From Lytechinus pictus (lineage: Eukaryota): a stretch of DNA of 64,000 bases. The notes under the pieces were generated by a model that worked only from the letters and a program-made list of their open reading frames with translations, searched no databases and was not told the origin of the DNA. This document shows, one piece after another, positions 36,904 through 49,821 of this stretch (position 1 is its first letter; the number at the start of each line of letters is the position of its first letter). Position numbers and translations under genes: made by a program. The stretch is taken from positions 31,622,001-31,686,000 of the forward strand of contig NC_087245.1 of the NCBI RefSeq assembly GCF_037042905.1. Direction: 5' to 3'.

Positions 36904-38036
36904 AGCGTGTCATCGATCCAAACGAACAGATAAGGGAGGATGTTCCTCGAGGACCCACTAGTCCACCTAAATTTGATTTCAATCCACATCTTCCAGGGCA
37001 GAAAAATGAGGGTGATTTTGGAGAGAATTATGAAGAGATGTCGCCCATACCCAGTAGCCCTGTCAGAGGAATGTCCCCCAGGCAGCCAAGAGATGTGGAG
37101 TTTGGTGAAGACTACGAAGCTGTTGGTGATGAAGGTGATGACTTTGATGGTGAATATGAAGTAATGGATCCAAATGCACTCCCTCAAAAGCACAATATTC
37201 ATACGCCTTCTCATTTTACGGGAAAACGCAATCAGCCTCCAATAATTTCACCCCCTGTGCCATCAGAAGATTATGGTGGTGATTATGAAGAAATGTCCCC
37301 CAGCGAAAGACCAAGGCATCCAAAACCAGGTGGAGATATCGAACATCGTCCACAGATACCAATCCCTTCTCACAAGGGGGATGATGATTTTGGTGGGGAT
37401 TATGAGGATGTCGACAAGCCCTTCATCTTGCCGAAGAAGAAACCTCCAAAGGCCAAACCTAAAACTCAAAAGAAACCTATGAAGGTTCCAGTGGTAGAGG
37501 ATTTTGGACAGAACTACAGTAACACAGGCCCCGGTGCCATCTCTTCTAATACCGCAATGGAACGACGCCCACCATCTCTCCCCTCTTCAAATTTCCCCAA
37601 AAGTCCCATAGCGTTACCAAAAGAAGAGCTGCCACCTCCCCCTCCTGAACTTGATCCGCAGCCCTCTTCACCATCACACCAATTTGATTATGGGGGACAG
37701 TATGACGATGGTGAATTGAAACCAACTAAGAAAAAGCCGCCAGTGTTAAAACCCAAAGTAGCCATCAAACCCAGTATTGGCAGTGCGACACTTCCGGTTA
37801 ATCCCAAGCAGCTGAGATCACCGATGGAAGCACGGTCATCTGCCACTCTTCCTCCTATATCTGGGAGCAGTGAACCGGGAGAAGAGGCAGAAGAAGATGC
37901 AGTTTACATGAATTACTCACCAGACCAAAAGCAGAGACCCACAAAAGATTACTACAACCTTCCTGTTCCAGCAAAGAAACCCAAGGAGATTATCAGTAGC
38001 AGTGGGTATTCATACTTCAGTGAACTTCCAAAGTGA
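36904..38036 (+). CDS. Same gene, terminal coding exon E (acidic Tyr-motif repeats, Pro-rich)
   Basis: TTTGCAG acceptor ending 36903 at the start of the 382-aa ORF. Repeated (D/E)FG(E/G)(D/N)YE(E/A/D)(M/V) motifs, YMNY, YYNL and PxxP clusters. Stop TGA at 38034-38036. Confidence 0.9.
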
Positions 38037-40599
38037 TGTAGCAGTTGGTGTGAGCATTGATCAGGGAAACCCAAGCAGATCATTGGAGTTTGCTGTACCT
38101 TGGTAAACTCCCAGAATGATTGCTCTGTAATTACTTGGGTGTTGATTCCGACTGCAGCTGATGTTCCCAGAGGACTAGACCCTATGGTGTTAAAATTACA
38201 CACATTAGAGTTTGAATAGCAAAGGTGCCGTATAACACCCATTCAGTTGTGTTGAACTAACACCAAACTTAAAGATTGGAGTAAAATGACTGGTGTGGTC
38301 ATCTATGTGCACTGCTGAACACCACAGTTTTTGTTGCGTTGAATTGAACTTCAATCATGGCTGCTATTCATAAAGTCAAGAATTCCATCATGTAAACGTG
38401 TTTAAAAGTTAAGTTGTTCTAATACTTTCCCAGAAGCCACTTGTTTTGATAACAATTGTTTTTTTAGCTTACATGGGTGCTTCTCAAACCTGTTTACATG
38501 AATTGTTTATAGGTTTATGACTAAAAAAGGATGTCCTGCATTTTGAACCAATTGGACTTCACACCACCTGTTATATTTTTCACCTAATATTTTTCTGGTA
38601 GTTATTTTTCAAGACTTTAATCTGAGTAATATGTCAACACCTATGACCACACTTGTCTGCAATCAGACATCTGCCTGACATAGCAACGTCAGGTTCTTGC
38701 TCTATGATTATACAGATGAAAGATGGAGCGATAAGAACCAAACATGATTAAAGAGGTGGGGCGGGAATATATCTGGTGCTGCAGGGGCTTGGGAAAGACT
38801 TGATGATTTCTTCTTGTATATATTATTCAGTACTATTCATTTTGGTTCCTACAAATGGAGTATTAAGTACTGAGAACTCATTTATGTAGTTTATTATTAA
38901 TTGAAATTGATGATGATGATGTTGACGATGTTGATGGTGATGATGATGCTGCTGCTGATGATGATGATGGTGGTGATGGTGATGATGATGATGGTGGCGG
39001 TTGTGGTAGGTAATGATGATAATACCCAAAATGTTATGGTGCCATATGTATCTATTTAAAACACCTAAATTCAAAGACTCCTCCAATGCTGGCCTGTTGG
39101 CGCTTATATACAACTGTTCCCCATTTGATAGGACTTGCTATGTAGGCAAATTTCCTCTCCTAAATGTCATTGTTATTACAAGTTATTAGACGTGAAAGAG
39201 TATCAAAGTCTGGTAGATAGCACAGTTACCACAAATAATAATGCTTTTGAATGAGGTTTCTTCAATTCATTCAATCAGCAAGCTCGAGTCAGGCACTTTT
39301 ACTGTAATCAGTGTGACCATGAGCGTGTCTGGGGTCGATGGAAACCTTAGAGGCAGATGGACTTCCAAAGGCCATTAATACCTTTTGTCAGACAACCTGC
39401 TACTGTCGATCCTCCTTTAAGTATGTTATTTAACATGTTGGTTGTCTTTTACTGATAGAGTAATGCATTTTAATTGATCATGGAAGATCAAAGGTTATTT
39501 ATACAGATTGTGGAATGTTTGAACAAAGGTTTCTTTCTAAACGATAGCATGTAATATGAGCCTAGGTGAATATCGGTATTAAAGATATTTGAATGACACA
39601 GAGACATTATGTTTGTAGCCTGAAATACAATGATTTCATCTCAATGCACCCATCAGCAAAACCGAGAGCGCAATATCATTTGGATTTATCAATGTGATCA
39701 AACTAATATCATGAACATTGAGCAAGTTTGGACCCTTCATATTATGTCAAAATGGAATTTGTATTCCCCTATTAAAAAAGATCCACTTCTATTCTTTCTT
39801 TTTAAATTGGATTAAGCTAGAAAAGCCCCTGTACTCAGTGGATGTCACCCGGAGTCATTGAAATCAAAAGTATTGTTTACATTTGATAGCTCAACTATGG
39901 CGGGCTAAATTTGACACAAGTTGTATGGAAAAAAAAAAAAAAAATTTAACTGTGATTATGAGGCAAGGGGTCCATTTCACAAAGCTGTTTGTAGGTTTAC
40001 ACATGACATTGCAACAGTCTCTCAGTCATCACAATATTCAAAGTAACGTAAGTTCACAGTTAAGTCGCAGGGTTAGTTTTGTGTATTTTAAATGACTGAA
40101 CTGCAAGGATATATATTTATTTATTTTACAGAGAAATAATTCATACCCTCCGTTTCATCACTACTCATTTATTCTCCAAGACGATGAAATTGAAATATCG
40201 TGTTGAGAAGGAAGTTTCGAGATAGTGTACAGCTTGAACATATAATTTTTTCATTGACCTGATCTATCATTTAAACTTTTTAAATGCTGCAAACTCAAGT
40301 AGTTGGATATCGTAAAAAAGTTTGTAGATCTTAGGATTATTTTATATTGAGTTTGCCATTGATATGATTCCTTGAGTTAGCATTTAGAAGGAAACAAAAT
40401 CTCAACATTGTGTTGTCCAAGCTTCTTCTTAGATTTATGCTCGTAAATTTATGAATGCATATTTTATGAGAAATCGAATATTGGGGAGAAAGTAGTTCAA
40501 CAAGGATCTTGGCTCATGGTGGTTGTACCCAGACCTATGCATCAATTTTTTGCTTTTGATATATATTTTGTTGTCATGTGCTTCATTTATCATAGCCAT

Positions 40600-40810
40600 T
40601 TAAATGGTCCTGTTGGCAGTTATGCACCCTGCCTACTGGTAAAGCATGAATTCTTGTAGGTAAGCAACAGCTTAATGTCCTATCCGAGGGACTTGATAAT
40701 GAGGATTGTCCTTTACCCCTGGGTATTGTCCTATATACCCCTGCACCAACTTAGTCTCGAACCTAGGTCATCAGAGCCCGAGAGAAATGCTCTTTCAATT
40801 AGACTCCTTC
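40600..40810 (-). mobile_element. Degenerate SINE, homologous to 57070-57200
   Basis: AAAGCATGAA..CTTGTAGGTAAGCAAC..GAGGGACTTGATAATGAGGATT is the reverse complement of the body at 57090-57175. Confidence 0.55.
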
Positions 40811-43059
40811 TCGTACAATATATTCATATTAAAGATTTTTTTTACCTCAATCTGTATTTGTAGGCCCACATGTATATTTCTAATTGTATTGCATATTGCT
40901 GAACCTTTTTATTTCTGAATACAAGGAATTTTTTTTTATTTGAAACCATTAACACTGAATGATTCCTTTGGATTTTTCTAAATACCATAGTTTCCTTATA
41001 TAGCCCTCCATCTAGAAAATTCCATCTTGTATATCCAAAACATAATCAAATCTGATCAGATATACATGTTTTCTTTAAAACAAATCTTTGGTGCATGTAT
41101 CATGCTAACATGCTATTTTACTAAAGGGACATGTAAGAAAAATGACATTAGATACTTTATAATGTGCCATAAATATAACTTGGCACAGGTATGAGGAAAC
41201 AATGTCTTTATTAAAAAACAAACTGAAGAGGTCGAGTTCATTATGCATGATCTATTCATACTCTAGTGATGTGATAATTCATATTCTGTCACGACATACA
41301 GTTTTAATGGTCACAAAGTTATTTTAGGCTGGACTTCCTCAGTACTGAACTGTTCTTTTATTTTATGTTCATGTTGCAGACTAAATCATAGTCTGTTGAA
41401 TATATTCCTATATCAACAGACATATATATACACCAAAGTCTGGAAGTTAAACAGGAATTTGGTAATGAAAAGCAGGGTAATTTATAATCATTTTGTGTGA
41501 CTATGTGTACTTCCTGTAAACCAAAAATATATATTTATTGTTTTATGATACATAGTGTAGGTATACATTGTAACATATTAAGCAACATGTATTAATTTCC
41601 CACCTCTTAAAACATTACCTGATCAATTTGTATATTAATCTGGTTCTATAAACGTTTTTACCATTTATAGTAGACGTAGTAGCAGGAGCAGCAGCGGTAG
41701 TATTGGAGTAGTATAAGTATAGTAATATGTCTAGCAGTATTTGCCTAAGCTACTACTAAGCCTGTTACTATAGAAGTATATGTAAAACGGGTAGTATATT
41801 ACCAGTTGTCTAGGTGGGATGGTTAAGAAGCCAGTAACAAAAACTTGTGCAAAAAAAGATCAGTGCGATCAAACACTACGTACACGAAATTAGATTGTCC
41901 TAATAGCAGAGAGCATTTTGACTTCAATGCTATAGATACATTGACTTTAACATGCATACCCCAGCACTTTTCTGCAATGATTAAGTACTATCTTTCAAAG
42001 TAAGATAGGACCATATATATATTATTGTTGAATTTAATTACAAAAAGTAGTGAGTATGTCCAAAACAGTTCTGAGATTTTTTTTCTTTGATAAAAATTAA
42101 AGACGAAGATATTTTCAGACGTCATTAACACACATGTTTTCTTTTATGCAATAATATTTAGTGAAAATGATTTTTGAACTATTCCTGTATTACTTGTATT
42201 ACTGTGGGACATGTTTCCATAGCAGTTGCATTTTTGTTGGGCAATATTCTTAGCTGTGTCTATTGCTACAAAGATGCATATTGCACATGTACTTATTGTC
42301 AGTACTTCAATGGGATTTTCAACTGTATTTTATATCACTACTTTGTACTTTTTACACAAATATTATCAAATTATATATTCAAAAGAAGAATCTGTACTCA
42401 TATTATTCCTATACATCATATTATATGTACCCAAGGTACCCAAGAATATGCGTACAAACTTTTGGAGAGTTATACATTTTAATCAGTATGAAATGTAAAC
42501 TTTATATTTGTATATCGGAATAGGCATATGGATGTTACAGTTTTCTAGTAAAATTTGTTTTTGATGGTCAAAAGCAGTTTATTTTTATGTAGATGAAATA
42601 TACTTTAGCTATGAACTGAGTGTTTTAATGAAATAAATTTGATCACATTTGTAAAAAAAAAAAAAAGGTTATGTGAATACATATTTTATTTTGTGTGGAT
42701 TTACCATGACGATATTTTATCACGCAGACAGTTTTTAGCAACTGATAAGATGGTTCAAATACTGTTGGTTAAAACAAACTGCATGCAAAATGAATTGAGA
42801 TTTTCTTCACCAACAGTTGGTTAGTTCATAATTTAACATGTACAAACACACTGGCCCGAATTCTGAAGTCAGGTGTAACTTAGACCATGGTCTAACTCTG
42901 TGCTAAAACTATGGGAAGCCAAAAAACGTAAAAAAATCAGCTCACATTGTATATTTCTTATATGTACTATTTTGTTTCCCTTTGATTTCATAATGAAGAA
43001 AATATTTAAGTTATCATTTTGAGACAGTTATAAATGATTTGAGTGTCATAAGAGTTTCC

Positions 43060-46000
43060 ACACACAATTGCTCATGTGCACACCTTCCCACACTTAATCA
43101 GCTCCTGTGTATACCCTCCCAAACCCAGTCAGCTCTTGTACACAACCTCCCTCAATCAACTCATGTGCGCACCCTCCCACACTCAATCAGCTCATGTACA
43201 CACCCTCCCACACTCAATCAGCTCCTGTGTATACCCTCCCACACTCAATCAGCTTATCTACACACCCTCCCACACTCAATCAGCTCCTGTGCACACCCTC
43301 CCACACTCAATCAGCATATCTACACACCCTCCCACACTCAATCAACTCATGTGCACATCCTCCCACACTCAATCAGCTCTTGTACACAACCTCCCTCAAT
43401 CAACTCATGTGCGCACCCTCCCACACTCAATCAACTCATGTGCACATCCTCCCACACTCAATCAGCTCCTGTGCACACCCTCCCACACTCAATCAGCATA
43501 TCTACACACCCTCCCACACTCAATCAACTCATGTGCACATCCTCCCACACTCGATCAGCTCCTGTACACACCCTCCCACACTCAATCAGCTCCTGTGCAC
43601 ACCCTCCCACACTCAATCAGCTCCTGTGCATACCCTCCCACACTCAATCAGCTCCTGTGCATACCCTCCCACACTCAATCAGCTCCTGTGCATACACTCC
43701 CACACTCAATCAGCTTATCTACACACCCTCCCACACTCAATCAACTCATGTGCACATCCTCCCACACTCAATCAGCTCCTGTACACACCCTCCACACTCA
43801 ATCAGCTCCTGTGCATACACTCCCACACTCAATCAGCTTATCTACACACCCTCCCACACTCAATCAACTCATGTGCACATCCTCCCACACTCAATCAGCT
43901 CCTGTACACACCCTCCACACTCAATCAGCTCCTGTGCACACCCTCCAACACTCAATCAGCTCCTGTGCACACCCACACTCAATCAGCTCCTGTGCACACC
44001 CACACTCAATCAGCTCCTGTGCACACCCTCCCACACTCAATCAGCTCCTGTGCATACCCTCCCACACTCAATCAGCTCATCTAAACACCCTCCCACACTC
44101 AATCAACTCCTGTGTATACCCTCCTACACTCAATCAACTCATGTGCACATCCTCCCACACTCAATCAGCTCCTGTACACACCCTCCACACTCAATCAGCT
44201 CCTGTACACACCCTCCACACTCAATCAGCTCCTGTACACACCCTCCCACACTCAATCAGCTCCTGTACACACCCTCCCACACTCAATCAGCTCCTGTGCA
44301 TACACTCCCACACTCAATCAGCTTATCTACACACCCTCCCACACTCAATCAACTCATGTGCACATCCTCCCACACTCAATCAGCTCCTGTACACACCCTC
44401 CACACTCAATCAGCTCCTGTGCATACACTCCCACACTCAATCAGCTTATCTACACACCCTCCCACACTCAATCAACTCATGTGCACATCCTCCCACACTC
44501 AATCAGCTCCTGTACACACCCTCCACACTCAATCAGCTCCTGTGCACACCCTCCAACACTCAATCAGCTCCTGTGCACACCCACACTCAATCAGCTCCTG
44601 TGCACACCCACACTCAATCAGCTCCTGTGCACACCCTCCCACACTCAATCAGCTCCTGTGCATACCCTCCCACACTCAATCAGCTCATCTAAACACCCTC
44701 CCACACTCAATCAACTCCTGTGTATACCCTCCTACACTCAATCAACTCATGTGCACATCCTCCCACACTCAATCAGCTCCTGTACACACCCTCCACACTC
44801 AATCAGCTCCTGTACACACCCTCCACACTCAATCAGCTCCTGTACACACCCTCCCACACTCAATCAGCTCCTGTGCACACCCTCCCACACTCAATCAGCT
44901 CCTGTGCATCCCCTCCCACACTCAATCAGCTCCTGTGCATACCCTCCCATACTCAATCAGCTCCTGTGCATACACTCCCATACTCAATCACCTCATGTGC
45001 ACACCCTCCCACACTCAATCAGCTCCTGTACACACCCTCCACACACTCAATCACCTCATGTGCACACCCTCCCACACTCAATCAGCTCCTGTGCACACCC
45101 TCCACACACTCAATCAGCTCCTGTGCGCACCCTCCCACACTTATCAGCTCTTGTACACACCCTCACACCCAATCAGCTCCTGTGCACACCCTCCCACACT
45201 CATCAGCTCCTGTTCACACCCTCCCACACTCAATCAGCTCCTGTACACACCCTCCACACTCAATCAGCTCCTGTACATACACTCCCACACTCAATCAGCT
45301 TATCTACACACCCTCCCACACTCAATCAACTCATGTGCACATCCTCCCACACTCAATCAGCTCCTGTACACACCCTCCACACTCAATCAGCTCCTGTGCA
45401 CACCCTCCAACACTCAATCAGCTCCTGTGCACACCCACACTCAATCAGCTCCTGTGCACACCCACACTCAATCAGCTCCTGTGCACACCCTCCCACACTC
45501 AATCAGCTCCTGTGCATACCCTCCCACACTCAATCAGCTCATCTAAACACCCTCCCACACTCAATCAGCTCCTGTGCATACACTCCCACACTCAATCAGC
45601 TTATCTACACACCCTCCCACACTCAATCAACTCATGTGCACATCCTCCCACACTCAATCAGCTCCTGTACACACCCTCCACACTCAATCAGCTCCTGTAC
45701 ACACCCTCCACACTCAATCAGCTCCTGTACACACCCTCCCACACTCAATCAGCTCCTGTACACACCCTCCCACACTCAATCAGCTCCTGTGCATACACTC
45801 CCACACTCAATCAGCTTATCTACACACCCTCCCACACTCAATCAACTCATGTGCACATCCTCCCACACTCAATCAGCTCCTGTACACACCCTCCACACTC
45901 AATCAGCTCCTGTGCATACACTCCCACACTCAATCAGCTTATCTACACACCCTCCCACACTCAATCAACTCATGTGCACATCCTCCCACACTCAATCAGC

Positions 46001-46762
46001 TCCTGTACACACCCTCCACACTCAATCAGCTCCTGTGCACACCCTCCAACACTCAATCAGCTCCTGTGCACACCCACACTCAATCAGCTCCTGTGCACAC
46101 CCACACTCAATCAGCTCCTGTGCACACCCTCCCACACTCAATCAGCTCCTGTGCATACCCTCCCACACTCAATCAGCTCATCTAAACACCCTCCCACACT
46201 CAATCAACTCCTGTGTATACCTTCCTACACTCAATCAACTCATGTGCACATCCTCCCACACTCAATCAGCTCCTGTACACACCCTCCACACTCAATCAGC
46301 TCCTGTACACACCCTCCACACTCAATCAGCTCCTGTACACACCCTCCCACACTCAATCAGCTCCTGTGCACACCCTCCCACACTCAATCAGCTCCTGTGC
46401 ATCCCCTCCCACACTCAATCAGCTCCTGTGCATACCCTCCCATACTCAATCAGCTCCTGTGCATACACTCCCATACTCAATCACCTCATGTGCACACCCT
46501 CCCACACTCAATCAGCTCCTGTGCACACCCTCCATACACTCAATCACCTCATGTGCACACCCTCCCACACTCAATCAGCTCCTGTGCACACCCTCCACAC
46601 ACTCAATCAGCTCCTGTGCGCACCCTCCCACACTTATCAGCTCTTGTACACACCCTCACACCCAATCAGCTCCTGTGCACACCCTCCCACACTCATCAGC
46701 TCCTGTTCACACCCTCCCACACTCATCAGCTCATGTGGATACCCTCCTACACTCAATCAACC
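43060..46762. repeat. Minisatellite with ~28-32 bp unit CACACTCAATCAGCTCCTGTGCACACCCTCC and higher-order repeats
   Basis: Over 100 tandem units. Diagnostic variants recur at 608-bp (44112, 44720) and 1493-bp (44720, 46213) spacing. Confidence 0.97.
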
Positions 46763-47129
46763 CGTGAAGCTGAAAACTTTTGATATCTAAACCTGAGTAG
46801 AGACAATCTAAGGATTGTTTGTAGGAATTAATTAAGAACATGCATATTTCACTAACCAATATTGATGCGAGCGCGAAGCGCAAGCTGAATTTTTTTTCTG
46901 TTCAGACCTGATTAAAGAGGGGCAATCTAAGGATTGTTTGTAGGATTTCTCTGATGACCACCAAATGATACGAGCGCGAAGCTCGTATGATATTCGACCA
47001 GAAAAGGGGGACATTTTAAGGACTGTTTTTAGGAATTCATGAAGATCGAGCATATATCTCATCAATCGACTTTTAATGCGAACGTGAAGCTCGGAGTGAA
47101 TATGTTTTTTTTTTGTAATCAGACCTTAA

Positions 47130-47825
47130 CTCTCAATAGACTGGGCTATTTCGATGCTTAAGAAGACTGGGGGCTGATTCAGCCCCCCCCCCCCCTCATG
47201 ATCTCGGCCGCCGATCGCGCGATCGTGACGAAAATTGGCACGCACGTTACCCATGGCGTAATCTACAAAACTATGATATCAAATTTTGCGAAAATTCTAA
47301 TTGCTAATTAATTATGCTCAATTATGCGTAAAATCGAAATTTTGCTGTAATTAAATACATAATGCCCCTAAAATGCTAATTTTTGGTTCTCAAACTCTGA
47401 TCAAATGTATCATTAAATATTTATGTATTTTATTGCTTATGTATTTCTATGTTTTTCGACTTTCTGTATTTTATTGTTTTTTCTATGGAATTGTCGGGGA
47501 GTTTATTTGAGCATGAACAAGATAAAATTAATTGATTTTAATCTGTAAAAGGAAAAAATAATGATATGCAGATATGAATTTTGGCTAAAAACACTATTTG
47601 CATTGGATTTGTACACGTTTTTGAGCAATTTTGGGTTTGCATGCGCTTGCAAAATGTTGCGTAATTTCGGAACCGCGTACCAAGGGGTTGCAATTTTGGT
47701 CTCAAAAGTTGCACGAGACTTGAAAGTAATATTTCAGCGAGCGACGCAGTCAAATAAATTTGAGCGGTGGATTTGTTGTGAAAAATGTCGAGGGGGCTGA
47801 ATCGGCCCCCCCAGTCTTATTAGGG
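47130..47825. mobile_element. piggyBac-like MITE with TTAA TSD
   Basis: TTAA|CTCTCAATAGACTGGG ... CCCAGTCTTATTAGGG|TTAA. Subterminal GGGGGCTGA(A/T)TC(A/G)GCCCCC palindromes at both ends. Confidence 0.75.
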
Positions 47826-47870
47826 TTAATATGTAGCATGAAAAAGAACCGTGTGTCACTAGGTGAAATA

Positions 47871-48021
47871 ATAAAAGCTCGAAGTGCGAAGAACAATATT
47901 TGGTGTATATAGACTTCTCTTGAATGGGATTAGTTTTCTATTATGTTTAATGAGATTAATAATCCCATTCAAGAGAAGTCTATATACACCAAATGTTGTT
48001 CTTCGCACTTCGAGCTTTTAT
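47871..48021. repeat. 62-bp near-perfect inverted repeat with 27-nt loop
   Basis: 47871-47932 pairs with 47960-48021 with a single T.G mismatch. Confidence 0.92.
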
Positions 48022-49821
48022 CATTACACCGGGCCGGCAGTGGCGTAACAGGCGGGGGGGGGGGGGTAGGGGGGCAAGCTACCCCCCCCCCCCCTGGCGG
48101 AGCTCACCGGGAAAAAAAAACGGGAAAAAAAAGGGGGGGGGGAAGAAAGGGAAAGGAAAGAAAAAAGGGGAAAAGGAAAGGAAAAGGGAAAAGAAAACTA
48201 AGAAAAAACATAAAAAAGGGAAAACGGAAAGATAACGGGAAAAGGAAGGAAAAAAGAACAAGTGAGAAAAAACAATTCGCCCCGATATAAAAATACATTA
48301 GCATGATTTGTAAGACAGGGAAATAAATTAAAGATGACAAAAAGACAAACAAAAGCGGGAAATAAAGGCAGAATGGAATTAGCCAAAATCTAAATTGGAA
48401 AATAAAGAATAGGGACAAGATAACGTACACTACCGGGCTGCCGAGGATTGAGATAACGAGCGGGAAGAAAAATGGATGGTATATATAGCATAATGTCGTA
48501 TGAAAGTCTATCATAAACTTGCTAAATCTCCAAAGGCTCTGTCCAAGAGTCAAGACCCCGTACAGTGGGGGCTCTGTAACGGGCCCCTATATAGACCCTT
48601 CCTGCATTAAGCTTTACGTTGAAGTAGTGGCGTACCGGGGGGGGGGGGGGTGGTTCCACAGCCAAGGGGAAATAAAAGAAAATAGAGGAGGCAGCGAAAT
48701 GAGATGAATGAAAAAAAATATATGACATGACATTTGCTATCATGATGTAAAAATCTGTCACATCATTAGAATTTCATTTTAACAGACCTTATTTTTTCTG
48801 GCTCGCATAGCTCGCTGGCGACTTTTTACAAATTTTCCCACATTTGCTATGGTGTGCCCCTCACAATATTTGAATGATTACGATACACAACTGCATTGAA
48901 TTTATGTGTTGAGTTAAAGCTATATAAAAATACACGCAATTTGATTAAAATAAGTGGCCATCTGTAAGGTTTAAAATGGCTTTGATATCAAGAAGTTCCA
49001 GGGCTCTGCCCTGGACCCCACCAATAAAGCACTGTTATATGGATGAGTTTGGACCACGGCCCCCAAATGTTCTACAACCAAACAAAAAAATGAGGAAAGA
49101 AAGGAAAGTGTATTATATTTTTCTGAATATCACGTTAAAATCTATCTTCATGTTAGATTCTCATGAAAAGGTGTTTTTTTTTATCTCGCTCGCTCGGGAC
49201 CTATATATTAAGCTACTTCTTGCCAGAAGCGCCATACTCGGCCCCCTCGAACATACAGAGCTTCGCCCTGATGCTCACAATCATAACAAAAATCCTGTTC
49301 ACCATGGCGTACAAAAAAAGAGAGAAAGAAGGAAAGAGAGGAGGGTGAATATGATTTCATCCTTTTAACATTATGTCAAAATCTATCACAAAATTGGATT
49401 TTTGCAATAAAATTTTTGCTCGCTCGCTTATGTATATCTATTTGCCCGATACGCCATATCGCCCCCACAAAATTTTTGCCCTATGACGCCATTGTCTGCA
49501 TGGGCGCCGGGTGCATGGGCTAGCGCAGATTCGATGGTCGGACAGCGCTCTGCGGCCGCTTTTCACCAAAACTGCGGCTCATTATAGCAGATCAATACGG
49601 CCGGAACGGCGTAACGGAAAATATGCGAAACTTTGAACCGGATTTCTTTCTTCTTTTTTTCTCGATAAGAAGAAAATGCTATGCTTTGGAGCGGCTTTCT
49701 TTGTTCTTTTTCTCAATAAGACAAAAATGCTATGCCTTGGAACGGAACTTTGAGTGTAAAAATGGGGGTCCCCTCCGCGGCACATACTATGCATTATATA
49801 CTGAGTGCCCCCCCCCCGGGC

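Noticed and set aside
43060..46762. CRISPR-like array of ~30-bp repeats
   Set aside because: Units are directly adjacent with no unique spacers, there are no cas genes, and the context is eukaryotic.
43039..46790. Long ORFs of 184-892 aa rich in H/T/P/S
   Set aside because: They arise in all three frames from a stop-poor minisatellite. Unit lengths are not multiples of 3, and there are no splice or start signals.
48038..49494. Single hAT-like element CAGTGGCGTA...GACGCCATTG
   Set aside because: No TSD and several unrelated repeat fragments inside; boundaries are not supportable.
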